Positions 29,272 to 39,523 are shown, numbered from the stretch's first letter. The stretch: 57,519 bases of DNA from Chthonomonadaceae bacterium (GCA_035650735.1 DASRGZ010000123.1:1-57519), one strand, 5' to 3'. A program made the numbers and translations. The notes: a model not told the origin generated them from the sequence alone.

Positions 29272-30258
29272 ATGAAGACACGGACTTTAGGCAAAACCGG
29301 GCTGCAAGTCAGCGAGCTGGCGCTGGGCGGCCTGTTTGTCTCCAGCTATGGCGGCGCGTTTGAGCAGAGCCGAGAGGCCGTCCTGCGCGCGCTAGAGCTT
29401 GGGGTCAACTATATTGATACCGCGCCCGGCTATGCCAACAGCGAGGAGACGCTAGGGCGGATACTGGAGGAGGTCTCCACGCCGGTCATCCTTTCCACCA
29501 AGCTTGGCGGGCGGCCCCAGCCTTTCCTGCCGCAGGATAAGTCCTGCCTGCGCCAGTCTGTGGAGGAGAGCCTGCGGCTGCTGAAGCGCGACTATATAGA
29601 TATTCTTTTCATCCATGAGCCCGACCGTCCGGGGCAATACGATTGGTGGATCGACCCGGAGCGGTTTTATGGCCCCGTCTGTGAGCTGCTCGACGATTGG
29701 AAGCGCGAGGGCATGATCGGCTTTACCGGCCTGGGAGGCACGACCGCCTACAATCTGGCGCGCATTATCCGTACCGGGCAGTTCGACGTGGTACTGACCG
29801 CGTTCAATTATAGCCTGCTCTGGCGCGAGGCCGAGCACGAGGTGCTTCCGGCAGCCAGGGAGCAGAAGATGGGCATCGTCATCGGCTCGCCTTTACAGCA
29901 GGGCGCGCTGGCCCGCCGTTATGATGCCGAGGTGCAGAGCGGCGCTCCCTGGCTGAGCGCGCCCCGACGCGCCCAATTCCGGGCGCTCTATGCGCTGCTG
30001 GATGAAGCCTCCATGTCCCTGCCGGAGATGGCGCTGCGTTTCGTCCTTTCCCATCCCGACATCTCCTGCGTGCTGATGGGCGCGCGCTCTCGCGCCGAGG
30101 TCGAGGAGAATGTCGCCGCCGCGGAGAAGGGTCCCTTGCCGCCGAAACTTCTTGCGCGCCTGGACGAGATTGCGGCTCTTGTGCCCTTCCGTCCCTTTGA
30201 CGAGCCTGCGGGGCTGCCGTTTGGGCGGGACTATCGCGGGCCGGGGCCGATGCGGTGA
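29272..30258 (+). CDS. Aldo/keto reductase
   Basis: LGKTGLQVSELALG, IDTAPGY, STK, IDILFIH; ATG 29272 after AAGGAG. Confidence 0.93.
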   Translation: MKTRTLGKTGLQVSELALGGLFVSSYGGAFEQSREAVLRALELGVNYIDTAPGYANSEETLGRILEEVSTPVILSTKLGGRPQPFLPQDKSCLRQSVEESLRLLKRDYIDILFIHEPDRPGQYDWWIDPERFYGPVCELLDDWKREGMIGFTGLGGTTAYNLARIIRTGQFDVVLTAFNYSLLWREAEHEVLPAAREQKMGIVIGSPLQQGALARRYDAEVQSGAPWLSAPRRAQFRALYALLDEASMSLPEMALRFVLSHPDISCVLMGARSRAEVEENVAAAEKGPLPPKLLARLDEIAALVPFRPFDEPAGLPFGRDYRGPGPMR

Positions 30259-30265
30259 TCGGCGG

Positions 30266-31376
30266 CTAGGCCAGCATCTTGTGGATGACCTGGCCGGAGA
30301 CGTCGGTCAGGCGGAACTGGCGGCCCTGGTATTTGTAGGTCAGGCGGGTGTGGTCCAGGCCCATCAGGTAGAGCAAAGTGGCGTGCAGGTCATGGACATG
30401 CACCGGGTCTTCGGCTACGTTGTAGCCCAGTTCGTCCGTGCTGCCGACGACCGTGCCGCCCTTGATGCCGCCCCCGGCCTGCCACACGCTGAACGCATGG
30501 GGATGATGGTCGCGTCCCAGGAACTTCGAGCCGTCCCGCTCCTCGTTCATGGGCGTGCGGCCAAACTCGCCGCCCCAGATGACCCAATCCCGGTAGAGCC
30601 AGATGGAGCGGCGGGCGTCCTTCTCGTAGCCGTGCGTATCGGCATAGCGGGCCAGATCCAGCCAGACGCGCGCCCAGCGTTCGCCAAAATGCGGCGAGGC
30701 CAGCAGCCGATCCACGACCTTCTCGTAGGCGTTGGGGCTCCTGTCGGTCAGGAAGGAATCGATCTCTTGGGGCGTCGGCGGCAGGCGGGTCAGGTCCAGG
30801 GAGACGCGACGGAGAAGCGCCTCCTTCGGTGCCTCCGGGGAGGGGCGCAGCCGCTCCTTTTCCAGCCGGGCGAGAACAAAGTTGTCAATAGGGTTACGCA
30901 CCCACGCCTTGAGCTTGACTTTTGGCGGCGTGCGACGAATGGGCTTGAGGTAAGCCCAGTGCCTTGCGCCCGCTCCCGGCTTCTCCGGCCAGACCGCGCC
31001 CTGATCGATCCAGGCGCTTATCTGAGCGATCTGTTCCTGGCTTATGGGCGCAAAGCCGAGGGGCATGCGCGCCTTGCCGCCCAAACCGCGCAGGCGCTGC
31101 ACCAGCCGGCTCTGCTGGCTCTTGCCCGGTATCACCGCCGGCCCGCTGATGCCGCCCTTCAGGAGCGCGGCGCGCGTATCCAGCCGCAGCCCGGCCTCCT
31201 GACGCGCTGGCCCGTGACACTGAAAGCAGGAGGCTTTGAGCAGAGGCAGGATGTTCCGGTTGAAGTCCACCCTGGGGGCGGGGGCCGGGTTTGCGGCCTG
31301 GGGTGAACCCGGCAGCAGCGTGCCCGCCAGCAGGCAGGAACTGATAAGGAGTAGCAGAGAGAGCTCGCGTTGGCAT
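30266..31376 (-). pseudogene. Chimeric pseudogene: planctomycete cytochrome c + partial DUF1549 fused to DUF1501 C-terminus
   Basis: [46 protein letters not shown] joined to [21 protein letters not shown]; signal peptide out of frame with ATG 31376. Confidence 0.85.
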
Positions 31377-31700
31377 TCCCAATTTCCTCATGAGCATGGC
31401 ATCGCTGGATTGCGGGCGGGAACTTTTACGGAGGGCCCATCATTATAATAGAGGTGTGACGCCGCAGGCGGCGCCGAATGCTTCATTACCCGGACGCGGC
31501 ATTCTTGTCTTAATAGTATACCCTTTGCATCTAGTAAGGAGGGAGGCAGGCTTGCAGATTTGGCGGGGCGCTTTGCGGCGTCTGCGGGAACATTATGGTG
31601 GCTGCGGTTGTCTTTTACTTGATTTTGGAGGTCTGATGCGGGATAATATAGTACCGGATAGTTCTAATGCATGAGCGTTCCCGGTTTAAGGAGAAGCCTA

Positions 31701-31967
31701 ATGAGACCGGATATTCCTATATTGATGATCGCTCTGCAAATTCCTGTGCTCGACGACACCACGACCGAGCAGATTCTGGAGGTCATTGCAGAGCAAGTGC
31801 ACCAGGCTTTGTTGGCGATCCGGCAGGAGCAAGCCGCCAGCGGTGAACCAGAGTCGATTCCGCAGGCCGAATTTAATGAGTGGGTGATCAAGGAGCGGCT
31901 GGAGCCTTATAGCGATAAGACCCGCAAGGATCTGCTGGCTGCGCTTGGCTATAAGTCCGACGTCTAA
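31701..31967 (+). CDS. Small hypothetical protein (88 aa)
   Basis: AAGGAG RBS before ATG 31701; downstream terminator; no recognised motif. Confidence 0.65.
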   Translation: MRPDIPILMIALQIPVLDDTTTEQILEVIAEQVHQALLAIRQEQAASGEPESIPQAEFNEWVIKERLEPYSDKTRKDLLAALGYKSDV

Positions 31968-32003
31968 TGCGCGATCTGCGAGCGCAGGAAGCGCCTATCC
32001 CTA

Positions 32004-32038
32004 CCCCTGCTTTCCCTGAGGGCGAGCAGGGGATTTTT
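32004..32038 (+). terminator. Rho-independent terminator
   Basis: CCCCTGCT..AGCAGGGG stem followed by ATTTTT. Confidence 0.65.
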
Positions 32039-32056
32039 GTGTCCGGAGCCCTTCCA

Positions 32057-32191
32057 GCCGGGCATTGAAAATACCCGGCTAGAGGGCGGCTGCGCCGCCA
32101 ACCGTCCTTCGGACGGAACACCTGGCTTGGCTGGGCGTCCGCCAGGACGCTTGGCCGTTAGGCCCTAGAGCCGGGTACTTTCAGTGCCCGG
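32057..32191. repeat. REPIN-like palindromic element (intact copy)
   Basis: 30-bp inverted arms (26/30) CCGGGCATTGAAAATACCCGGCT../..AGCCGGGTACTTTCAGTGCCCGG. Confidence 0.88.
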
Positions 32192-32210
32192 TCCCTTGGC
32201 AGAGCGCGAT

Positions 32211-33959
32211 CTAACAGGGATAGCCCTCACGCTCCACGACCGCCGCGCCGATCTGCTGCTGTAGGGCGAGAGTATCCAGTAGCGGCGGGTTCAGCAGGCG
32301 GTCCAGGGAGTGGAGACGCGCCTCCAGCGCCTTTCCCGTGCCGAGGGTGGCGAGGAGGGCGCGTGCCCGTTCCTTTGTCTGCGCGCAGGCGCTGCTGCCA
32401 TAGACCTGAACGGAGGCCAGGGCGATGGAAAGGGAGGGGCTGTGCAGCCGTCGGCAGCGCAGCCAGGCGCTCTCCAGAGCAAGCAGGGCGGCCATCATGT
32501 CAGCGAGGGCGGCGGCGATCTCCTGCCGCTCGGCCAGGCGCTCGCCTAGAGTTTCCCAGGCCGCTCCCAGTACATAGAGAATCGCCGCGCGCATCTGCCG
32601 AACCCACGCGCCCATCGTTTCCTGCGGATCATCGGATGCCTCTACGGACGCGGAAGGCATGGTTTCCTGTGCCTGCGCTGCTGCCGGGAGGAGCGCAAGA
32701 CGACCCTGCCGCGCCCGCCGCAGCAGTTGATCCACAACGGTCAGGCGGTTGATCTCGTTGGTGCCCTCAAAGATGCGAAAGACGCGGGCATCCCGGTAGA
32801 GTGGCGCTATCGGGAACTCCTCGCTATAGCCGAATCCGCCGTGTATCTGGAGGGCCTCATCCACCACGTAATCGAGAACTTCCGTGCCGAAAAACTTGAC
32901 CAGGGCGCACTCGATAGCGTACTCCTCAGACGCGGCGCGCAGCCTCTCCGCTTCCTCGCTCCGCCCCACCATCGCATCCCAGTAACCGGCGATGCGGTAG
33001 ATCATGCTTTCCAGCAGGAAGATGCGCAGGGCCATCTCCGCCAGCTTCTGCCGGATCAGGCCAAAATGGGAGATCGGCTGACCGAACTGCACGCGCTGTT
33101 TGGCGTACTGCGCCGCCAGGCGCAGGCTCTCTTTGGCGGCGCCGAGCGCGGTCGCGCCGATGTTGAACCGTCCGGCGTTGAGCGCGTAGAGCGCAGGACG
33201 GTGCCCCTTGCCCACCTCGCCGAGGACATTTTCCATCGGCACGGGCGCATCCTGAAGGAGAACGCGGCAGGTAGAGGAGCCGTGCAGGCCCATCTTGTGC
33301 TCCTCACCCGCTACAGAGAGGCCCGGCGTGTCGCGCGCCACTAAAAACGCGGTAAACTGCTCGCCGTTGACTTTGACAAAGACCGTGAAGAGATCGGCGA
33401 AACCGCCGTTGGTCGTCCACATCTTCGCACCGTTGAGCCGGTAGGTCTTGCCGTCCGGCGTCAAGGCGGCTCTGGTTTGCGCGCCGAGGGCGTCGGAGCC
33501 GCTATTGGCCTCGCTCAAGGCGAAGGCAGCGATGTGCTCCCCACTGGCCAGCCGAGGAAGATACTTCTCCTTCTGCTCCGGCGTGCCGAAGTAGAGCAAT
33601 GGGAGCAAGGCTACCCCGGAGTGGACGCCGATGGAGATGGCAAAGGAGAGGTCGAGCGCGGCTTTTTCGGCCAGCAGCGCGAGGGCCGTTTTGGGCAGGG
33701 CCAGACCGCCGTAGCGTTCCGGGACGCCGCCCGCGAGCAGGCCCAGGTCGCCGGCCTTGCGCATTAGGGCCGGCATCAAGCCCGGCTCTTTGGACTCCAG
33801 GAGGTTATGCGCTGGCAGCACCTCCTTGCGCAGAAACTCCTCCATGGTTTTGGCCATCAGCCGCGCTTCCGCCGGGAGCGCTTCCGGGATAAAGACCTGC
33901 TCAGGAGCGGCCTCTTCAATCAGGAATGCACCGCCGATGGGCGCAGGAAGGTCCTCCAT
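32211..33959 (-). CDS. Acyl-CoA dehydrogenase (long, FadE-like)
   Basis: FALSEANSGSD, KMWTTNG, KMGLHGSST, QIHGGFG, RIFEGTNEI. Confidence 0.95.
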   Translation of the reverse strand: MEDLPAPIGGAFLIEEAAPEQVFIPEALPAEARLMAKTMEEFLRKEVLPAHNLLESKEPGLMPALMRKAGDLGLLAGGVPERYGGLALPKTALALLAEKAALDLSFAISIGVHSGVALLPLLYFGTPEQKEKYLPRLASGEHIAAFALSEANSGSDALGAQTRAALTPDGKTYRLNGAKMWTTNGGFADLFTVFVKVNGEQFTAFLVARDTPGLSVAGEEHKMGLHGSSTCRVLLQDAPVPMENVLGEVGKGHRPALYALNAGRFNIGATALGAAKESLRLAAQYAKQRVQFGQPISHFGLIRQKLAEMALRIFLLESMIYRIAGYWDAMVGRSEEAERLRAASEEYAIECALVKFFGTEVLDYVVDEALQIHGGFGYSEEFPIAPLYRDARVFRIFEGTNEINRLTVVDQLLRRARQGRLALLPAAAQAQETMPSASVEASDDPQETMGAWVRQMRAAILYVLGAAWETLGERLAERQEIAAALADMMAALLALESAWLRCRRLHSPSLSIALASVQVYGSSACAQTKERARALLATLGTGKALEARLHSLDRLLNPPLLDTLALQQQIGAAVVEREGYPC

Positions 33960-33982
33960 GTTACTTAACCTCCGGCCCTTTT

Positions 33983-34097
33983 TGACCTAACCCCCCGGCC
34001 CCCTTCCCTAATACGTCGCTTCGCGACAGGGAAGGGGGCCGGGGGGTTAGGTCATCCCCTCTCCTGTTCTTGGGAGAGGGAACTAGAGGGTGAGGGC
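33983..34097. repeat. Two REP-like hairpins; the first is a perfect 27-bp inverted repeat
   Basis: TGACCTAACCCCCCGGCCCCCTTCCCT (33983-34009) with 34028-34054; then CCCCTCTCC..GGAGAGGGG..GGTGAGGG. Confidence 0.9.
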
Positions 34098-36163
34098 TGC
34101 AAGCGTGCGGCAGCCTCCGGCAGAGCCGCCGTTTGCGGCCCAGGCTCCGCCATGGCGGCCAGCAGGACTTCCGCCACATCCAGCACCGGCAGGGCCGTCT
34201 CTCCGGCAGCCTGCGCGATGCTGTCGCCGACCATCACCTTGCAGAACGGGCAGCCGACCGCGACGGCCTGCGCGCCGGTGGCGAGAAGCTCCTTAGCACG
34301 GTTGACGCCGGGGCGTTGGTTGGGCGGCTCCTCCATCCACATGCGCCCGCCGCCCGCGCCGCAGCAGAAGGTGCGGCTCTCGCGCCGCTCCACCTCCTTG
34401 AGCGGGATGGTCAGCGCGCCGTTGAGCAGTTGGCGGGGCGCCTGCGTCTCCCCGTTGACGCGGGCCAGGAAGCAGGGGTCGTGATAGGTGAGCGTTTCGG
34501 CAAATCCTGGCGGCAGATTGAGACGGCCCTCGGCGACCAGCCGCGCGAGGTACTGCGTGTGGTGCAGCACTTCATATTGCCCGCCAAACTGCGGATACTC
34601 GTTCTTTATCGTATGGAAGCAGTGCGGGCAGGAGGCGACGATGGTTTTGGCGTGGACGCTATTGAGGGTGGCGATGTTGGCCTCGGCCAACTGCTGAAAT
34701 AGGAACTCGTCGCCGGTGCGGCGGGCCGGGTCGCCGGTGCAGCGCTCCTTCGGGCCGAGCACGGCGAAGCGCACGCCCGCCCGTTGCAGCAGTTGGGCCA
34801 AGGCGCGCACGGTCTTCTGAGCGCGCGGCTCGAAGGCGCTGGCGCATCCCACCCACAGCAGCACCTCCCGATTATCCTCCGGCGCAGCCTGCGGAATATC
34901 CAATCCCTGCGCCCAGTCCAGGCGCTGCGCATTGGACAGGCCCCAGGGATTTTCGCGGGTTCCCAACTGCCGCAGCATGGTGGCCGCCGTGCCACCCAGG
35001 CGTCCCTCGGCAACGCGGTAACGGCGGATGCCGTCCAGAATATCCACGTGCCGGATGAAGACGGGGCACTCGCGCACGCAGGCATGGCAGTTGGTGCAGG
35101 CCCACAGGGACTCGTCGGAGATGACATCGGTGGAGGTGACCGGCCTCTCCTCCGCCTTACCGTCCGCTCCCTCGGAGCCGGGCACGCCGGAGAGAGAAGC
35201 CGCCTGCGTCATCACGCGCCGCAGATCGAGCACGACCTGCTTGGGGTTAAGTTCCTTGCCGACCGCGTGCGCCGGGCAGGCATCGGTACAACGCCCGCAC
35301 TCCATACAGGCATCCAGGCTGAGAAGCTGCCAGCGGTTCAGGTCGGCGGTCTCGCCCAGGCCGATCCGTCCCGTCTTTTCCACCTCTTCCATCGGCACCG
35401 GCTCCAGCGCGCCCATCGGGCGCTTCGGCTGTAGGGCGATGCTGAGCGGCGCGACGAACAGATGCAGCCACCGTCCATAGGGCAGGGCGGCGATCACGCC
35501 GAGAACGAGCGGAGCATGAATCCACCAGATCAGGGCATACCCTGCCGGCGTGATGCCGCGCAGGGCCAGGGCGAACCACATGCCGATGGGAGAAAAGGCG
35601 GCGTAAGGCGCGCGGCGCGGATCGGCGGCGATGCCGGCCCCTTCCAGCAGGAAGCCGGTCAACGTGGCGGCAAGCAGCAGCGACAGGAAGGCGATGTCTT
35701 TCGGCTCATTGCCCAGGCTGGGCGTGTGCGGCCCCAACCGCCGCGCCAGCGCCATCACGGTGCCGATAACCAGGCCGAGTCCGAACAGGTCCAGCGTGAC
35801 CTTGCACGCCAGGTAGAACCAGCCGCGATAGAGCCAGTGGTCGCCGAGGACAAACGCGCCGTAGTGCTCGACGGCGACGATGTTGGTGCCGATAAACAGC
35901 GCCAGCATGCCGAAGAAGAGGAGCATATGCATCCTCCCGGCATAAGGGCGGCGGCGCGTGCGGCGGTGCGCGAACATCTGGGCGAACAGGGTCTTCCAGC
36001 GCGACGGCCAGTCCGAGCGCGGCGCAACAGGGCGGCCCTGCCGCCAGAGCCGGACACGCCGGAAGAAGCCGTAACCGCAGACGAGCACGGCGGCCAGCGC
36101 CAGCAGGTAAAAGATTCCCTGCTCCAGCGCCGAGATATGAAAGAAGATGGTTCGTGTTGGCAT
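34052..36163 (-). CDS. Membrane Fe-S oxidoreductase (FadF/heterodisulfide reductase-like)
   Basis: N-terminal TM domain; CMECGRCTDACP and CTNCHACVRECP; CCG domains (CPHC, HDPC, CCGAGG, CPFC). Confidence 0.92.
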   Translation of the reverse strand: MPTRTIFFHISALEQGIFYLLALAAVLVCGYGFFRRVRLWRQGRPVAPRSDWPSRWKTLFAQMFAHRRTRRRPYAGRMHMLLFFGMLALFIGTNIVAVEHYGAFVLGDHWLYRGWFYLACKVTLDLFGLGLVIGTVMALARRLGPHTPSLGNEPKDIAFLSLLLAATLTGFLLEGAGIAADPRRAPYAAFSPIGMWFALALRGITPAGYALIWWIHAPLVLGVIAALPYGRWLHLFVAPLSIALQPKRPMGALEPVPMEEVEKTGRIGLGETADLNRWQLLSLDACMECGRCTDACPAHAVGKELNPKQVVLDLRRVMTQAASLSGVPGSEGADGKAEERPVTSTDVISDESLWACTNCHACVRECPVFIRHVDILDGIRRYRVAEGRLGGTAATMLRQLGTRENPWGLSNAQRLDWAQGLDIPQAAPEDNREVLLWVGCASAFEPRAQKTVRALAQLLQRAGVRFAVLGPKERCTGDPARRTGDEFLFQQLAEANIATLNSVHAKTIVASCPHCFHTIKNEYPQFGGQYEVLHHTQYLARLVAEGRLNLPPGFAETLTYHDPCFLARVNGETQAPRQLLNGALTIPLKEVERRESRTFCCGAGGGRMWMEEPPNQRPGVNRAKELLATGAQAVAVGCPFCKVMVGDSIAQAAGETALPVLDVAEVLLAAMAEPGPQTAALPEAAARLQPSPSSSLSQEQERG

Positions 36164-36204
36164 GGAGCACGAAGCCTCCGCTCCAAGAGGGAGCTAGGGG
36201 CGGC

Positions 36205-37173
36205 TTAAAGTTTGTCCAGCATTTCCGGGATAGCCTGGTGAAGATCGGCAACGAGGCCGTAGTCTGCCACCTCAAAGATGGGCGCGTCCGGGTCGGTGTT
36301 GATCGCCACGATGACCTTCGAGTCCTTCATGCCGGCAAGATGCTGGATGCTGCCGGAGATGCCCGCCGCAATATAAAGCTCCGGCGCGACGACCTTGCCG
36401 GTCTGACCGACCTGCAATTCGTTGGGCGCGATGCCGCTATCCACCGCCGCGCGGGTCGCGCCCACCGCGCCGCCCAGCTTATCGGCCAGCCCCCCGATCA
36501 GCCGCTCGAAGGTCTCCGCATCGCGCAGGGGCCGACCGCCGGAGACGACCACGCGCGCCGTCGTCAGCTCTGGCCGCTTCTGTTCTCCGGTTTCCAGGCC
36601 GATCCAGGTCGTGCCCTGCGGCAGCGAGGCCGCATCCACGCTTAACTTCTCTACGGCGCTTTCGCTCTCCGCCGTTTCTGGCTTGCCGAAGGCCGTGCCG
36701 CGCACGCTAAAGACGCCCTGATCGTCCTCTATCTCAACGGTGGCGATAATGTTGCCCGCATACATCGGGCGGCGGAAAGCCAGGCGGTCGCCGCTCTTCT
36801 CCACATGGAGCACGTCGGAGAGCATCGGCAGATCGAGCAATCCGGCAACACGCGGCAGAACGTCCCTCCCGAACGAGGAGGCGGGACCGGCCAGCGAGTC
36901 CGCGCCGCTCTGGCGCATCACCTGCGCGCAGACGGCGGCAATACGGTCGGCGGTAGGGTGCGCCAGCTCCGGCGCGGCGACCACCAGCAGGCGCTCGGCG
37001 CCGTAGCCGCGCCACGCCTCCGTAGCGTCGGTTATCTCCGGCCCGCCGGCAAGCAGGATATCAAAACGCCCCCCCGTCTCCCGGAGGAGCGCCTGCGCGA
37101 ACGTGATTGTCGGCAGCGTGCCGGGGAGCACCTGCGCCCCATCGGTTTCTGCCAGTACCAGCAATCTGCTCAT
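36205..37173 (-). CDS. etfA: Electron transfer flavoprotein alpha subunit
   Basis: [36 protein letters not shown] 37173. Confidence 0.95.
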   Translation of the reverse strand: MSRLLVLAETDGAQVLPGTLPTITFAQALLRETGGRFDILLAGGPEITDATEAWRGYGAERLLVVAAPELAHPTADRIAAVCAQVMRQSGADSLAGPASSFGRDVLPRVAGLLDLPMLSDVLHVEKSGDRLAFRRPMYAGNIIATVEIEDDQGVFSVRGTAFGKPETAESESAVEKLSVDAASLPQGTTWIGLETGEQKRPELTTARVVVSGGRPLRDAETFERLIGGLADKLGGAVGATRAAVDSGIAPNELQVGQTGKVVAPELYIAAGISGSIQHLAGMKDSKVIVAINTDPDAPIFEVADYGLVADLHQAIPEMLDKL

Positions 37174-37190
37174 TCCCTCTATCCTTCCCG

Positions 37191-37361
37191 ATCCACCGAT
37201 GACACCGATTAGCACAGATTAAAACCCAAGAAGAACACGGGTTAGACGGATGCCATGGATGCAACGGATAAGGGCCTGGAATCCGTGGTATCCGTCCGAT
37301 CCGTCCTATCCGTGTCTAGGTTTTTTTACTTAATCTGTGTCAATCTGTGTAATCTGTGGAT
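37191..37361. repeat. Two nested inverted tandem-repeat pairs (CACAGATT-type outer, ACGGAT-type inner)
   Basis: Outer arms 37191-37222/37330-37361 (27/32); inner arms 37235-37269/37281-37315 with a GGAT core about every 9 nt. Confidence 0.9.
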
Positions 37362-38113
37362 TAGATGACCCTGGCTTCGTCGCGGAGAGCAGCGATCAGC
37401 TCGTCTACGCTGTGGACTTTGCGGCCCGGCTTGCGCGGCGGCGGCGTCTCCAGCTTCAGGACGTGGACGCGGGCGGGCGGGCAAGGGCCTAGCTCGGACG
37501 CGGGAAGGCGCTCCAGCGGCTTGGCGCGGGCCTTAATGATGGCCGGCAGGGCGACGTAGCGGGGCTGATTCAGGCGCAGGTCGGCGGTGATCACGGCGGG
37601 AAGCGCCACCTCCAGCGTCTCACGCCCGGCATCCACCTCACGGGTCACGCGGGCGTGGGCTCCATCGGCGGAAATCTCGACGGCGGAGGCAAAGGTCGCC
37701 TGGGGCCATCCCAGCAGCGCGGCGAGCCGCTGGCCGACCTGATTGCAGTCGTCGTCAATGGCCTGCTTGCCCATCAGCACCAGGTCCGGGCTTTCGCGGC
37801 GGCAGACGGCGGCCAGAAGGTGACTGATGACGCCCGGATCGGCAGGCGCTTCATACAGGACGAGAAGGGCGCGGTCGGCGCCCATGGCCAGCGCGGCGCG
37901 CAGTTGCTCTTCCCAGGCCGCACTGCCGATGCCGACCGCCACGATCTGCGCCTCGATGCCCCGCTCCCGCAGGCGCACCGCCTCTTCCAGCGCGATCTCA
38001 TCAAACGGGTTGATGACCCAGGTTATATCGCTGGTATCTACCTGACCATCCGGGGTCAGACGCACGCGCCCGTAAGGGTCGGGAACGCGCTTGATGGGAA
38101 CCAGAATCCGCAT
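37361..38113 (-). CDS. etfB: Electron transfer flavoprotein beta subunit
   Basis: KRVPD, INPFDEIALEEA, ALAMGAD, GKQAIDDD, LNQPRY. Confidence 0.95.
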   Translation of the reverse strand: MRILVPIKRVPDPYGRVRLTPDGQVDTSDITWVINPFDEIALEEAVRLRERGIEAQIVAVGIGSAAWEEQLRAALAMGADRALLVLYEAPADPGVISHLLAAVCRRESPDLVLMGKQAIDDDCNQVGQRLAALLGWPQATFASAVEISADGAHARVTREVDAGRETLEVALPAVITADLRLNQPRYVALPAIIKARAKPLERLPASELGPCPPARVHVLKLETPPPRKPGRKVHSVDELIAALRDEARVI

Positions 38114-38353
38114 GGCTCTCTCCTGAAAGGCGGGAGTGCTTCATCGCCCTATTCGCGCCGCAGCGCGAGATTTCCTTGTCCGGGAAGCGGCCTGTGCCCC
38201 GCTTGACTGCTGCGACTGCACAATTGTTCCCCTGATAGGGTGACTATCGGGCCGTTTCGGCGTAGAAGTAAACAAGGAAATGCGCGCAACGCCGCCTAAC
38301 ATAGCCCCAAGAGAGGGTACGAAACCTCCCCGAATCACACCGGAGTGAGCACA

Positions 38354-39523
38354 ATGGCAATTGTGGATATTCCTATACCGCAGATGGGCGAGGGGTTGCA
38401 GGAGGTCATCCTGCTCGGATTCCATAAGAAGCCGGGCGATCATGTTAAGCGCGATGAGCCGCTCTATAGCATGGAGACCGACAAGGCCGTGATGGAGGTG
38501 GAGTCGCCGTATGAGGGAGTACTCAAGGAGTGGCTGGCCGAGGAGGGCGCAGTGCTGGCTATCGGCGCGCCGGTAGCGCGCATGGAGACCGAAGATGTCG
38601 AAGCCCTCGCCACGTCGGCCCCCTCGGCGACGGCGGCGGTAACGGCGGAGACGCTGCCGGAGGAGCCGGCGGCGCGCAGCGAGACGGTTATCCCGCCGCG
38701 CACGCGGGCCTACTGCCGCGAGAAGGGCCTCTCCGAAGAGGAGATGCGCCGTATCCCTGCTCCGACCGGCAAGCTGCTGCCTGCGGATGTGGATGCCTAC
38801 CTGAAAGCAAAAGGTGAAGCGGAAGCGCGCGCCCGGGCCGAGGGCGCCGAGGCAGAAGCCAAGCCCTACGTCGAGCACGCGCTATCCCAGCACCACCGCA
38901 CCTTCATCTATCGGTTGCGGCGCAGTATGCAGATCGTGGTGCCAGCCACAGCCAGGCGCTCGGTGGAGTGGGGACGCATCCGCCGCTTTGCCGAGGGCAT
39001 CCGCGCGCAGGGCGGGCCGTTGCAGCCTTCCTCCTTCCAGTGCTTCGCCTACTGTGTGGTTCAGGCGGTCAAAGAGCATCCCAAGTTCCGCTCCGCGCTG
39101 ATCGGGGATACCACAATTCGGGAGTACCGCCACGTCAACATCGGTATTGCCGTGGCCGTGCCGGAGGGCGAGCTTAACACCGCCGTCGTCCAGGAGGCGG
39201 ACACGCTCGATTTCCCGGCCTTTATCCAGGCTGCGCAGGCCAACATCCAGCGGGCGCGGGAGGGGGAGGACCAGGCCCGCCAGAACACGCAGCTCCTGCT
39301 GACCTACATGGGGCCGTATGAGATCGTGGATGCCGTTCCGGTGCTGGTAGCTCCGGCGGCGGCGGTGCTCTTCATCGGCTCGCCCTATGAGCAGAACGGC
39401 GAATTGATAACCAACCTTGCCCTTACCTTTGATCATCGGCTCATCCAGGGGATCGAGGCGGCAGAGTTCCTGCGCGCTATCGCCGAAAAGACGCGCCAGA
39501 TCGAGCAGATCGCGAGTACCTAA
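38354..39523 (+). CDS. 2-oxoacid dehydrogenase E2-like acyltransferase (divergent, orphan)
   Basis: Lipoyl domain METDKA; divergent subunit-binding domain; TFDHRLIQG. Confidence 0.85.
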   Translation: MAIVDIPIPQMGEGLQEVILLGFHKKPGDHVKRDEPLYSMETDKAVMEVESPYEGVLKEWLAEEGAVLAIGAPVARMETEDVEALATSAPSATAAVTAETLPEEPAARSETVIPPRTRAYCREKGLSEEEMRRIPAPTGKLLPADVDAYLKAKGEAEARARAEGAEAEAKPYVEHALSQHHRTFIYRLRRSMQIVVPATARRSVEWGRIRRFAEGIRAQGGPLQPSSFQCFAYCVVQAVKEHPKFRSALIGDTTIREYRHVNIGIAVAVPEGELNTAVVQEADTLDFPAFIQAAQANIQRAREGEDQARQNTQLLLTYMGPYEIVDAVPVLVAPAAAVLFIGSPYEQNGELITNLALTFDHRLIQGIEAAEFLRAIAEKTRQIEQIAST

